Positions 12,769 through 25,934 of a stretch of DNA of 64,000 nucleotides are shown here, in pieces. The DNA is from the human T2T-CHM13v2.0 reference genome, Homo sapiens: assembly GCF_009914755.1 (NCBI RefSeq), contig NC_060947.1, one strand, 5' to 3'. Position 1 is the first letter of the stretch. Each line of letters begins with the position of its first letter. The notes beneath the pieces were generated by a model, which was not told the DNA's origin, searched no databases, and saw only the letters and a list, made by a program, of their open reading frames with translations. The position numbers were made by a program, and so were the translations under genes.

Positions 12769-13441
12769 GTTTTTATTTATTTTTATTATTGTTTTGAATT
12801 TTTATTTTTATTTCAATAGCTTTTGGGATACAGGTGGTTCGTGGTTACATGGATAAGTCCTTAGCGGTGATTTCTGAGATTTTAGTGCACATGTCACCCA
12901 AGCAGTGTACACTGTACCCAATATACAGTCTTTTATCCCTCACACCCTCCCAACCTTCTCCCCTGGGTCTCCAAAGTCCATTATATTATTCTCAGGCATT
13001 TGCATCCTCATAGTTTAGCTCCCACTTATAAGTGAGAACACACAGCATTTGGTTTTTCATCCCTGAGTTACTTCACTTAGAATAATGACCTCCAGTTCCA
13101 TCCAAGTTGCTGCAAAATACATTATTTCATTCCTATTTATGGTTGAGTAGTATTCCATGGTATGTGTATATATATATACTGCATTTTCTTTATCCACTCA
13201 TTTGTTGATGGGCACTTAGGTTGGTTCCACATCTTTGCAACTGTGAATTGTGCTGCTATAAACATGCGTGTGCAAGTGTCTTTTTCATATGACGACTTCT
13301 TTTCCTTTGGGTAGACACCCAGTAGTGGCATTGCTAGATAGAATGGTAGTTCTACTTTTAGTTCTCTAAGGAATCTCCATACTGTTTTCCATAGTGGTTG
13401 TACTAATTTACATTTCCCACCAGCAGTGTAAAAGTGTTCCC
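12769..13441 (-). mobile_element. 5'-truncated L1PB1-type element (ORF2 C-terminus plus 3' UTR)
   Basis: ORF 13137-13445 translates to the L1 ORF2p C-terminus (LVQPLWKTVWRFL...MFIAAQFTVAKMWNQPKCPS); L1PB 3' end; TSD-like CAAAAA(G)TTTATTTTCT on both flanks. Confidence 0.93.
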
Positions 13442-14769
13442 TCAAAAATTTATTTTCTTAGGTGCTTTGCAAACAAGTCTTCCTTCTCTTGAGGACACAT
13501 GTATAACCTCAGATTTGGGCCTTCGAGGAAAGGAAGGGGTCATGGTGCTGGATCTGAGTCCAGTATCCAGGTATAGAGCTCAGCTGTCAATATGGAGATG
13601 CAACTGCAATAAGAACACTATAAGGACACCAGAGGAGGTCAGGCTGAAGGCTTGGTTCAAAAACCTAAACCTTGTACATGAGCTAAAATCAAGACAAAAT
13701 GTAGACAAGAGTTGGAATCTGGGTCCATTTACTGAATGCAAAATGGAATGAAGGCATGGATTTGAAAGCATAGATACATCCTAGGTGAAGATCCCCAAGG
13801 CCTTGACCAGCCCCGCAAGCTGGGAAACAGCACAGAGCATGCTAGTTGAAGAAATCTTCACCTAAGTATTACCCAAGTGCAATGGGGTTTCTCTAGAAGA
13901 TCATGGCTTTGGAAGGTCAGACTGGGTCTTGAAGTTTAGAGAAGAACTAGAGTAAAAGTTGTGTTAATAGGGAGCAAATATTTTTTAGTATCTTTCCTTA
14001 AGAAAATAATCCAAAAACAAAAAATATTAAGCACAGAGACTCATCTCAGAATATTACTAATGATGGCAAAGAATTAGAAATAATCTAAACATAGAAAATA
14101 AAGGTATCACCGAACAAATTGTGGTTAATCCACTTGACAGGCAAGTATATAGAAAATAAATTCGAGTTTTAATAGTAATAATATTAGCAATAATAAAAGT
14201 TAGCTAAGAAAACAGCCACCGATAAAGGAAGCTAGTTAAAATCTCTCAAACATTGAATAAAATGTTTGTCTATTAAGATAATTTTTTAGACTTAATCCTA
14301 TCTTTTGTTTTCAGGGGCTAGGTATCTTTAATAAGAAGGGATCCCAGTCTCTGGATTTTTCCTGAAGTTTTCCTAGAAGGATCCTAAGTCTCCTAAAAGC
14401 AATGACACCGGGGTTTTAAGCTGGCCATGTGAGCCACCACTGCAGCACTTTTTCTAGCTGTGGGTTTACTTTGGGTTTCAGCGCATTCCCCTTAGATTCA
14501 TGGGCAAATCTTCAGGTGAGAGTCAGGAAAAAGAATGCAATAATGCGACTCAGAAGCAAGGAGCCTGATGGTTCTCATTTATTCTTTCCTCCTGAAGCCT
14601 TCATTCTAAAGACTTTCTTTTGTGATTTTCTCCCTCCCCCAAGAATGGGAAATATTAATACCTTGGTTTGCCACCTTCTGTTTCTGATTTGCTTTCTCAG
14701 GACTCATTTAGTCTTTGAGCTTATAGGTTGTGCCCACTGGGATTTAGTGAACACAGCTTTCACTAAATT

Positions 14770-14960
14770 CATTGATGAATCTTTAAAATAAATATTTATT
14801 GTGCATCTATATTTGCCAAGCCTTATGTGAACTAGAAGGACACAAGTTCCTTCATCCAGGGCACCTACCACATAGCAAAGGAGACAGATGTGAAATACAC
14901 AAATAACTACACCATCACAATTGAGCTAGGTGCTACTAGAGAAATAAACAGACTGCCCGA
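14770..14960 (-). mobile_element. L2 3' end fragment
   Basis: AAATATTTATTGTGCATCTATATTTGCCAAG...GGAGACAGA. Confidence 0.6.
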
Positions 14961-14984
14961 AGGGATCAGAGATGGACCTATTTA

Positions 14985-15369
14985 AAGTGGGGCCCTCACA
15001 GAAAGAGATCCTGAACCTCAGTGGTGTATTTGGAGGTGCAGGCCCCCTGGTGGGGAAGAGGGGAAGTGAAACCGGGAAGGGGCCCTATTAAGCCAGCTAC
15101 CATGGGAAGCAACTGGTGCTGAACCCCACAGGCAAAATGTAGAGAATAATGCAAGGTGCAAATTCTGGAATTATCTCACTGAAGTAACAAGGAAGTTGGG
15201 GTATTGTATACCAACTTGCAGCACTCATCCACGGAAAACTGCACAGGCGGGTGTCAGTTACCCGAGGGCACACAGGCAGATAAGCTTTCCATGGTTCTGG
15301 AAGTTATTGGCAAAATGAAATGGTTAAGGTTCCAGTGATATGAACGGTGCACTGACAGCATTGGCTACA
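14985..15369. mobile_element. ERVL LTR fragment (LTR33-like)
   Basis: GGGGAAGTGAAACCGGGAAGG...GCAACTGG...GTTGGGGTATTGTATACCAACT. Confidence 0.6.
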
Positions 15370-16281
15370 GGGCATAATCTTATTGCACAAGCACTGTATT
15401 GACTAAAGATGGCTTGGATGGAATGGAATGTCTCAACAGAAATAAATTCAAGAGAATACAACTGGGGTTACTCTTTTAAAAGAACAGAGAGATGTCAGTG
15501 CAGCCAGAATACAGCAGAGCGATCAGCACAGGTAATGTGCTTCTAAATCCACAGGGAAGGGAGGGATAGGCAAGGAACGGGTAGTCTGCCCAGGGCATAG
15601 CTGTGCATGATGGTACTGAGTGAGTGAGAGTCCCCTGAGCCCCCCCATGTACATGAAGCTCAAGAAATTCTGCATGTCGGCCAGTCTGAGTACATATTTT
15701 GTAGCATCTCACCCAGCTAACAACACTTCATTAGTCCTGGGATTAAGTGACATACAACCCGATCCCAGGGTAGGGTATAGGAGTACCTACTTCTCCAGCA
15801 AGCACAAAGCCTGTATTTATCATCCTCTGATTCTCTCGGCAAGCACAGCCTGGTCCACATACATTCCTGAATTCAATGCTGGGAAATTAAATCAGACGCA
15901 TGCTTGTAAGATGTCTCTGTAATTCAAGACGTCTTGTGATTCCAGCTATAGTGTCTATTTTGTATTCATTAAGGATCCAAGACTGTGGTTCATTTCCAGG
16001 CATATCTTAAATTTATTTTAAATATTTGTATCATTTTGTTAATAATATCTTAAATGTATTTTATATGTAAATTAATAGTATGTTAAATTTATTTAAAATA
16101 TTTGTATTCAGATGCGCCAAAATTGCATTTACGGGAATAGTAAAAGGAACCTTAAAACCATACCAACTTTTAAAATAATTACTGTTAAAACAGAGATAAC
16201 AGTTATTTGGAAAATAGTGTGAAGTACATATTCTTTGACATATGTTACAAAATTGCATTCCTTATACATACATAATAGAAC

Positions 16282-16425
16282 TGTGACTTTGAACAAGTTA
16301 TGTGCCCAAGTCTCACATTCTTGATCTCTAAAGGTTCTCATAATAGGATTATAAAAGATTAAATGAGTTAATTGCTTAGCAACAGTACTTGGCAAAAAGA
16401 AAGTAGTTAATAAATGTTAGCGAGT
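16282..16425 (+). mobile_element. MIR fragment
   Basis: TGTGACTTTGAACAAGTTA...GATTAAATGAGTTAAT...AATAAATGTTAG. Confidence 0.7.
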
Positions 16426-16443
16426 GTTGTTGTTAATTTCTGA

Positions 16444-16552
16444 AGGATAACCATAAATTTATTGCTCAGACCTGGCCTTTTGTATTATTAAAAGGGAAAA
16501 TTTAGACATAAACCTGCACTATCTCAGGTAAGAAGAAACGTACAGTCTCTGT
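16444..16552. mobile_element. MER81-like hAT-Blackjack relic
   Basis: AGGATAACCATAAATTTATTGCTCAGACC...CATAAACCTGCACTATCTCAGG. Confidence 0.4.
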
Positions 16553-17354
16553 GTATAAAACTAACATGTTGTAGGTCTAAGTAGTTAACACATCATGTCA
16601 GCTGAAACTGACTATGCTTTATACTCACAAAGTTTGCTCTTTTGATTTACATAGTTGTATCAGTTACATATGGAGGTGGGTAGCTAGAAAACAACTTTGG
16701 AGAGAGGACAATTGAGAACTTTATTCCACAAATACTTTACTGAAGATTCAGTGGTGAGTAAAACAGGCTGTTTTGCAGTTAACCTTCAAATTATTTTCTA
16801 CATAATACCTTGCTTCCCCATAGACACACATTGGAAGATTATTAGTTGGCTAGCCACCAATTATGGCAACATTTTTTAATTGCATGAATTTGTACAACAG
16901 CAATAACACAAGCATGGAGACTGGAAGGTTGTCCTACAGTAAAGAAAGGCCCATAGCTACTGATAAAGTCATCTCTTTGAGTGAGGAAGTCCTTTTACTT
17001 TAAAGGTTTTATTTTAAATACAGTAAGACAAAAACAAAGCATTTTTTAAAAAACATTTCTAACCATAAAACTTTCATATGTCACCTTTTTATTAAAGAAG
17101 GATTTCAAAATCTTTGCATGAGTTCATCATCTACTTTGAAAATGTGCCCTTGGGTTTCACCCCTGACTTGGGTGTCTGACATCCGTCCTCTGTGAGTTTT
17201 GACCCAAACTTCGAAATGGCCCTCTTGTTATATCTATCAGCAAATAATTGCAGAACATGATAAATTCTTTATTGGATGCATAAGCCAGACATGATGAGGG
17301 CAAAGATTATGGACTCCATCTACTTTGAAATGCAATGTACTTCTCAGATATTTC

Positions 17355-17795
17355 CTCCTCAGATGAATCTTTGTATACGTCAGTTTCTCTAGGGCATATC
17401 CTAGGCATGAAACTGCCGGGACATAGAGAAGGTACATTTGCCACTTTACCAAATATTTGCAAACTACTCACACATACTGTCCTTGCCAATACGATATGGT
17501 CAGATTCAGAAATTTTGCCAAGCAGGATGAATACAAAAGTGTATCTTATTTTTATTTCAATTTGCATTTTCCCAAATACATGCATGTCCCAAATTCAAAC
17601 TGTTGTTGCTATTCCATATAATTGTTAGTACTAATTTACATATGTTGGTGAATTTTTCATCCAAAACCTCTATTCATTTTTCTTTTGATCTCTTTGCCTT
17701 TTTTTCCAATTGGCTTATTAGATTTTTATATTTTAAACAATACTATATTGGTCTGATATAGATAGATAGATGATTATGACAGATGATATATAGAT

Positions 17796-17840
<45 letters not shown>

Positions 17841-19040
17841 CTTCATCTGTTCTGATATGTACCTTTAACTTTTAAATGTGTGGTGACTCATATCATGAAG
17901 ACATTTTAGATTTTGATACAAACATATTTATCAATCTTTTGTTTATGACTTTCATTTTTACATATGACTTTTAAAATTTACTTCTTACCCTGAAAATATA
18001 AAATATTAGCCATTTTTATCCAAATGTTTTCAAAGGTCTGTTTTTCGTCTTTAGGTCTTAATCTATCCCTGTCTATGCTATGAGATAGGAATTTATTTTT
18101 TACTGAATTCAAATATATGAAAGGGCATATATTTGTGGATCAGCTTCTGGACTCCTCATTCTATGATTTTATTATAGCACTTTGTAGTACATCCTGATTT
18201 TAAGTTATGAAAGAACCCCTCCTTTATGTTCTTTTTTCAGAATTTTCAAGATTATTCTTGTATTTGGGGAAAATTATTATTATTCATAAATTTAAATGTT
18301 TTCCAAATACCAACAAAGCAAAACTTGTTAGGACTTTTACTGGATGCCCTTTGCATATATTCATTGTTTTCTGGATAATCAATATCATTATTAGCAAGTC
18401 TACCTATCAAACAATTTATGTCATTTCTTTTATTGGGTCTTTCTACATCATTTAATATTATTTTGTAGCTTTTCTCTATACAGAATTTAAACCTCCCTTA
18501 TTAGGTGTATCCCTAGGTACTTGAGATACTTTGTTGTTACAGTAAATGAGACCATTTTCCTTTTACATTTACAAATTTGTCTAATGATGATGTAACAGAC
18601 CACTAGAGCTTTCTATGTGTTGATCTTTATCCAGAGACATTGCTGAATTTCTTAATAATGTAGACACTTGATCTGAGTATCCACTGGATCTACTGTGGAA
18701 GATATTATACAGCTACAAATAATGACAAGTTTTCCTCATCATTTTTCATTTTTTTTCCTTGTCTTACTGCTTTAGCTAGAGCTCCCAGTACAATGTTTGA
18801 ATAATATTGGTGACAATGAATGCCTTTGCATTGTTTTTTACTTTCAAATTACCGCTTCTAAAATATTTTCATAAATTACAATGCTTGATGAGTATTTGTG
18901 GTAGGTAGTCTTTATTGGATTTTTAAAATCCTTTTTATCACGAGTTGCTAAATAGTGTTACCCTACCTCTGACTTGAATATTATCAAATCTCCTTTTCCC
19001 CACCTATTGACTATCACTATCTTGCTTTAATTTGTGTATG
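17355..19040 (-). mobile_element. Degenerate L1ME-type fragment
   Basis: GTTTCTCTAGGGCATATCCTAGG, TTTATTTCAATTTGCATTTTCC and CTAGAGCTCCCAGTACAATGTT are antisense L1 motifs. Confidence 0.75.
17759..17840. repeat. (GATA)n tetranucleotide microsatellite
   Basis: Directly visible. Confidence 0.95.
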
Positions 19041-19099
19041 TACCACTCATTTTTTAACCCTTTGAAAGTGGCATCTGTTTCTATGGATTCCCGAAAATA

Positions 19100-19760
19100 T
19101 GCCTTTAAATGTCATCAGTGATTGATATTCCCAATCAAATGGTCACTCTCCTTAGCCCATGCTGCTGAAACTCTCTGCAGCATCTCACACAGCTGATTAT
19201 TTCTCTCTCTCTCTCTTTTTTTTTTTTTTTTTGAAATGTTTTCTTCTCTTGGCTGCTGATATCCTACAACCTCCCGGTGCTCCTCTGGCTGCACAGGTGG
19301 TTTCTTCACTTTATTTTTTTTTACTATTTTTCTGTACCAAACTTAAATGCTGATTGATTGAGGACTCAGTTTTCAGCCCTCTTCTCAATTTAGCCTTATA
19401 TTCATGTTCAATCCATATAAAATTCTTATACATCCAGTCTCTAAAATACATCACAAGAATATTCACTTTCTCTGCAAACTATAACTGCCGTAATCCTAGT
19501 CCAAGACACTCTCGTTCTCACTTGGGATGATTTCAACGAATTCCTTCACTACTTCTCCTCTCCCTCTTCCCCACCCAAATACTCTCTCCATACAGCATTC
19601 AAAGCAATGTAATAAGACACTCCAGATTGTGCCACGTATCTGTTTAAAATGCCCAAAGGTTTCCCATTGACCTGCTTATTATTTTGCTCTCTAGTTCAGT
19701 AAACATTGAATTACTGAATAAAATAATAAATTAGTGAATAGAAATAAATGAGTGAATACA
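19100..19760 (+). mobile_element. L2 fragment(s)
   Basis: CTCTCTGCAGCATCTCACACAGCTGA, CCTAGTCCAAGACAC and a terminal TGAATA-like repeat tail. Confidence 0.7.
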
Positions 19761-20140
19761 TTTTGACATTTGAGACATCTTTTAAAAGATGAATTGCATG
19801 AATTATGGCCTCAGAGTAAAAAAATCCATGCCAACACAGAAAACAGCTGTGACAGAGATGCAGAGTCAAGGAAGAGTGAGATGTTTAAGGAAGCCAAGGA
19901 ACCACCATGTCTAGACACAAGGAAAGGTGAGCATGATTTGAGCCTGCTGGTAGGAGGCGGTTAGAGGCTAAACACGAAAAGAGTTTACACCTTCCACTAG
20001 GGAATGTAGTTTTTTTCTTAGATGTCTCTCTCACATATACACATACATTAACATGCAGTATTTAATGTATACAGTATTTGGTATTTGTATGATTTCATAT
20101 GTAGATGTGTGTTCATGTGTCTGCATGCATTATGTGTACC

Positions 20141-20408
20141 TGTGTTAGTCATCCGTTACATAACATATACCATGAAACTTAGTTACCAAGGCAACAAACA
20201 TTATCTCACAATTTCTGTATGTCACATGGTGGAAGGGCAAACATGCTCCCTTGTGCCCCTTTTATAGGGGCACTAATCCCATTCAGGAGGACTCTGCCCT
20301 CATGTCTTAATCACCTCCCAAGAGACCCCACCTCTTAATAATATTGCATTGGAGATTCATCTTCAACATGGATTTTGGCAGGGACACAAATATTCAGACC
20401 ATCATAAC
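20141..20408 (-). mobile_element. Composite MaLR LTR fragments (MLT1-type end joined to MLT1A/MSTD-type part)
   Basis: TGTGTTAGTC...TCTCACAATTTCTGT, then GGGCACTAATCCCATTC...ACAAATATTCAGACCAT. Confidence 0.7.
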
Positions 20409-20409
20409 T

Positions 20410-21140
20410 CCTTGCCCTTCCTTTCTCAGGACACTTACTTTAGGAAATCATAAATGCAAATTCTTTCTCTACCCCTTTGAGATTTAAATCTTGTTCCAGC
20501 CCCTTGCTGATTTTACAACCAAGGAATGTCTTTCTCAAGAACTTAGGAGCCACACCTTTGAAATATAACCATCAAAGGAGGAAGAGTAACTATCTCTCAG
20601 TTTCTGTGGGAGAGTCCTACCAGTTAGCAAACACGGATGTCCCATCACATTGGGCAACCACCCCTCTAATATCCTCCAATACTTTTTCCTAGCACTTAAA
20701 GTCTCTCCCACTTTTTTTTCTTTTTTTTTTTAGAAGCAGGGTCTTACTCTGTTGCCCAGACTGGACTGCAGTGGTGTGATCATAGCTCACTGCAGCCTCA
20801 CACTCCTGGATCGTCCTGACACTCCTGGATCATCCTGCCTCAACCTCCCAAGTAGCTGGGCCTACAGGTGCACCACCAAAAGAGACAAGGTCTCACTGTT
20901 GCCCAGGCTGATCTTGAACTCCTGGCCTCAAATGATCTTCCCACCTCAGCCTCCCGTGTTGCTGGGATTACAGAAATGAGCCATCTCACCTGGCCAAGGA
21001 GTCCACTTCCTGTTTCTGCAGAGTTGAGTTCAGTTTATCTCCCCTATTACAATTGTCTTGACTCATATTGCAAAAGTCTTATATAAGGCCTTCCTTGCTG
21101 TTTCTAGCAAGTGTCTGGGGCAATATTTTTTTTTTTGCAA
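20410..21140 (+). mobile_element. ERV1 LTR, MER34/MER39-type, split by an Alu
   Basis: GGAATGTCTTTCTCAAG...GAGCC...CTTTGAAAT and GAGTTGAGTTCAG...CTCCCCTATT. Confidence 0.7.
20712..20995 (-). mobile_element. AluJ with internal deletion and a 19-bp internal tandem duplication
   Basis: Antisense Alu; CACTCCTGGATCGTCCTGA repeated near 20801-20838. Confidence 0.9.
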
Positions 21141-21188
21141 TACCAACAGATGAGGATCCCTGGAGGACATCTTAGAAGCGGCCTGCCA

Positions 21189-21191
<3 letters not shown>

Positions 21192-21230
<39 letters not shown>
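21192..21230. repeat. (GT)n microsatellite
   Basis: Directly visible. Confidence 0.97.
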
Positions 21231-21231
<1 letters not shown>

Positions 21232-22504
21232 TCCAAGGTAACTATATAGTAAGCCTGCATGTAGAGCATTCAAAATGTGAATTCTCTTTAACTGATAACT
21301 GTTGGTCTAGCTACATATTAAGGAAACATATTTAGTATTTCAAAGATGTAAATTCAGTGTTTATACCCTTCAAAGGATGAGTGCTGATCAAAAGACCTAC
21401 AGAATTGTCCAGAAAAATCCCCATTTTGTCCAACCAGGGCATCATCTCTCAGTGGAACCCTCTCCAAAAGGAAAAAATAAATGAATTTCCCACTGGTAAC
21501 CAGTAATCTGTGCCCATTAGACCTAGAATTATTCCTGGTCTCAATTATTAATACTCACCAAATGAAAACAAACACAGTTTAGGCGGGGGAACAAAAACCC
21601 TTCGATTGCCTTCATTGAGTACTTTACTGCGGCCAGACTTGACATTAACATCTTAATGGCTCTGATAGAATCACTTAGGAGCTTCACTTCATGTAAATAG
21701 AGAAAATGTTAATGAGGAGAAAATGTGGGTGATTAATAAATGTGATTGAAATGAAATGACCTTTACTTATCCACTGCGTAATTAAAGTAATCAAGGGAGA
21801 CCCAGCTGTGATGAGAAATGTCATAGAATAGACCAAAATGCAATTAGCTATCATCTTTGTAAAAAAAAAAAATCAACATTCATTGTGTTTTATAGAAGAA
21901 GGGGTACTTTTAAAAATTGCTTTTAGAGTCAATCGAGTTTTTCCTGACTGCCTGGAAAAATATTCCTACTTCAGGGCAGCTGCAGCATTATAAATACACC
22001 ACACTGAAAAATACAATCCCTATGGAATAAAAAAAGTAGCATGCAAAGATTTATCTTATCTGCCTTCTGATATCCTCTGAATTCCAATTAGAAGTTCCCC
22101 ACAGCACACAATATCAATCAGGAAACAGTAGCTCAGAGGCACCAGATCACTTTAAGTCTTCTGATGTTACTCTTGGGGAAGGAGAGAATGAGGATACATT
22201 GTCCCTAAAAAGCCTTGTCCTCTTTCTTTTGGCAGCAAAACAAGCAACTCTGTCCAAAAAGCTGAGAAAGAAATCAATTGGCATTCAAGGGTCAGCGATA
22301 AAGTTTTCCGGAATTAAACTGCCTAAGGACATTTTGGACATTTGCACACTCCTGCCTTTATTCCAGCTGATTAATAAGTGCAGTACAACCCACTGTCATC
22401 ACCAAACTTTCTTTTTCCACTTCTTTCCTCAAAAACACCAACCCTGAACTCGGTCAAAACCCTGAACACCATCCCCTATTTTAGATCAGGAAACTTCAAT
22501 AGCC

Positions 22505-22912
22505 TATTGGAGGCAGAGTCCTTGGAGCCAAATGCAAGCCCCACTCTCTGTGGCTTTGTGAGCTTAGTCAACTTACTTAGCCCCTCTGTGCCTCAGTTCC
22601 CTAATTCCATTACTAATGTGCTGGGTGGGGGTGGGTCTATTTCCAGGAAGTTTGAGGATAATTGCTATGTAGAAACTCTGAACATATGAGAATGGTTGCT
22701 AAGATTTTACACAGCTAATTCCTTGGCATGTCCTAAATGCCTAGGAAAAGTAACTTTACACTTTCTCATTATCAGTTTCCCCATCTCTATAATGGGGTTA
22801 ATAATAATAATCGTAACACTTCCTAATTGGTTGCTGTAGAAATTAAATAGGTTAATAAATGCAAAACATTTAGTGCCTACCAAGTAATGAACTCCGTATA
22901 AATGTAGCTACT
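22505..22912 (+). mobile_element. Two adjacent MIR elements
   Basis: CTCTGTGCCTCAGTTCCC and CAGTTTCCCCATCTCTATAATGGGG...ATTAAAT cores. Confidence 0.75.
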
Positions 22913-23559
22913 ATTCTGACATATTTGTTGTAAACTCTGGATCATTGAAACTAGGCCAAAAGAACAAAAGCTACACAATGATGTTATTGTTGCCATCATT
23001 GATCAGAGAAGTTACCTTTGGGCTTCCTAGTAGCCATGTCAAAACAAAATACAGAACAAAGCTCTCTCTTATTTTATAATACAAGAAAAATTGTCCTTCA
23101 ATTTCCTTGGGACTAAATCTAGTGGAATTCCTTGCATGGAACTTTCTGTAAGGGATGTTAAAATGTATAATTGGCAGAGACTTCAACAAGCTAGCAAAAG
23201 AAGAAAGCTAAAATAATTCGTCTGTATCCTATTGATGTGGCAGTTGGACTCATCTCATAGCTATGTCAGTTCTGCATTTTACTTCGACTCATGGTAAGGT
23301 AAGGTACAAACCTAGGGGAGCTGCATGGCTCAAGGATGGCAGTCTACAAACCTAAACCAACTAGAAATGTAGAGACAGCCACATTGCAGAATGAAGAAAA
23401 GAAGAATGAAAACTGAACAGAAAGAATTAGCTCTCTGCTTTCCTAGAGATAGCCTTCTGACAAGATGGAGGTAACTTCCTGTATGCAGTGAAGGTAAAGA
23501 ATTACATGCAATTAAACAGTCTAAAAACTCACATACTTCAGTGATATATTTTGTTGTTA

Positions 23560-23690
23560 GTAAATTTAACAAGTATTTACTGAGTGCACAGGTGCATAAT
23601 TCTTGAGGAGTTGTGAAGATGAAAGCTCAATTTTTGCCCTCAGGTAACATACAGCTTAGAGGGAGAAAAATAGGTATGAGAAAATGAATG
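23560..23690 (-). mobile_element. L2 3' end fragment
   Basis: TTTAACAAGTATTTACTGAGTGC...TGCCCTCAGG. Confidence 0.6.
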
Positions 23691-23954
23691 TAAACTTTTG
23701 GGAAGAACTGAGGATGTGGTTTGAAATAGCTTAACTCGTACATGAATTGGGGCCATCAGTAGGCAGACTTCTGTTTTAACTTTGGTTTTTGGCCTATTTT
23801 TGAATGAAATATGCATGGTAATTTTAATGTAAAACTAAAAATCAATTTTTTTTTCAAATCATCAAGCATAAGTGGATTTGGTATGGTTAAGTCACAGCTT
23901 CTCATTTCCAGAAACACCTAGGCTTCTTGGGCTATGATGTCCCTGGGAAAATAG

Positions 23955-24080
23955 TACACAGGAGTAACATTCTTGGAGTTAGACAAACTCATGTGGCACT
24001 CTGGCTTTTTTGCCTAGCTGCTTTGTCTTGGATATGATACTAATGTCCTAATCTCAGTTCTCTCATCTGTGATATTAGAT
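23955..24080 (+). mobile_element. MIR fragment
   Basis: TTGGAGTTAGACAAAC...CTCAGTTCTCTCATCTGTGA. Confidence 0.55.
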
Positions 24081-25934
24081 CCATTCACCTCTTCTCTTTA
24101 GGGCCCTTGACCTCCCAAGAGCCTTGAAAATGCTAGATTCACTCTTCTCTCACTTGAGGATTTTCTCTGAACTCACTTTTTGAAGGTGAAGAAATGGGGA
24201 AGTTTTGTTTGTTCTGACCAAAATTAAGACGTTTTATCATGCATCTATTTCCTACCTCTAAAAAAAAAACCCAAAAAACAAACAAACAAAAAACACATTT
24301 AATTCTACATTCACAGGCAACTGTGTTGCCTGAGGTGACTCAGCCTGTCTCTGACATTTCTGAAGTTTTGGGTGTCCACTTGCAAGTGATCTGGAGACAT
24401 TGTTGCATGGCATTCCAAGTACTTGTCCTTCTGTTAGATTGGCAAACTGCAGTACAATTAGATCTAGGAATCTCCAGGTCTCCACTTGTAAGATGAATCT
24501 TTGGAAGAAAATAGACTTTAAGAAGACTCTTAAATAGGTTTTCCTACTTTGAGAAAAAATCTGACTGACAAGAAGAAACAAAGACTAAAAGTCACATCAT
24601 ACACTTCCAATTGAATTTCTAGGTTTTTGTTGGTGGTGGTGGTGGTGTCTGCTTGTTGTGTGTGTGTGTTTGTGTGTATGTGTGTTCTTACTGTCCTTAC
24701 CTACACCAGAAGGTGAATAAAAAGCTTGTGAAAGGCTTTTTTTTTTTTTTAGTTGGTTGATCATTTTGGAAATGTTTACATATGGACCCATAAATCTGAA
24801 AAACAAAATTATTTTAGCATACTTGATTGAGGTCATCATGTTTATCAAATACACATTAATGTAGCTGATAATGTTGAAATCTCTCTGTATTTTCTCTGTT
24901 GTTTTGAAATAATTGGAAATGTGTTAACCTCAGAGCTACAGATCCACACATGAGTTGTTTCAGAATCTTCTGTGTCCCCCAAATCCTCTTCATCATATTT
25001 AACTGTAGAAAGGGTGGTCAGGCCAGCAGAAACATTGCACAGAGCACTGTCAGGCTGGAAAGTTAGAAGAAGGGGTTGTTTTCCTAGACTCCCTAGACTA
25101 TCTTCTAAAAGGCAATGATCATTCTATTTTTAACCATCTCATTTTGGCTTATCTTCTTATCTTCCCTTTCTGTTCCTTTTTAAATTTTTTTTTATACTTT
25201 TCCACTTTTATCTGCCTGCTTGCATTTTATTTCTCCCTTCTACTGAGATGTTAGATGCTTTCTCTTCCCCATCTTCTGCAATTTGGTAGCTGCTTTTCTT
25301 GTATTTTTATTCCTCTGTCTTTTTATAGTTCTTCCTCCCCCTGCTTCATTCTTTTCTTTCAAGTCCTCTTTTCCTTTCTATTTTTGATGTGTTGACTTGA
25401 ATTTATCACAGTTACTGAAATACTTGTGTGACATGCACAGAGTGAGCCAAAGAGGCCAGAAGCAAATTGGGATTCCATGAGCAGTTGACTAAATCATGAG
25501 GAATAGCCCAGTTGCAGCAAACACAGAGAAAGGCTGTGCCTGTTTCAATGAAGAGAGATTGAGCAGCTGCATAAAAAGATAGATAGTTAGGGCAAATTAG
25601 GCACAGGCCAGGATGGAAGTGGATAGAAAAAAATACCACCCCTGCCAATTCCTACAATGATCTAATTTTATGCATTCAGTATTCAAGCAATAAGTGGTAT
25701 GATATTCAAATTGGATTGGAGCCTCTAATTTTAAGTCCTAAGAATTCTCCTTCCTTGGTATGAATTTCCATGCCATCAATGGTTAATTCTGAACATCATG
25801 TCAGTATTTTCCATGTAAATTCTTGTGCAAACCAAAGACCCATTACTATGGAGATATAGCCAGTAGGCTTATGGATGGGTCACCAGCGTGACTGGATTGA
25901 GTTCAAGGGCTATTCTAAAACTTCAGTTTAAAAT

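Noticed and set aside
13137-13445. 102-aa ORF with real protein similarity
   Set aside because: It is the L1 ORF2p C-terminus within a 5'-truncated L1PB element, not a host gene
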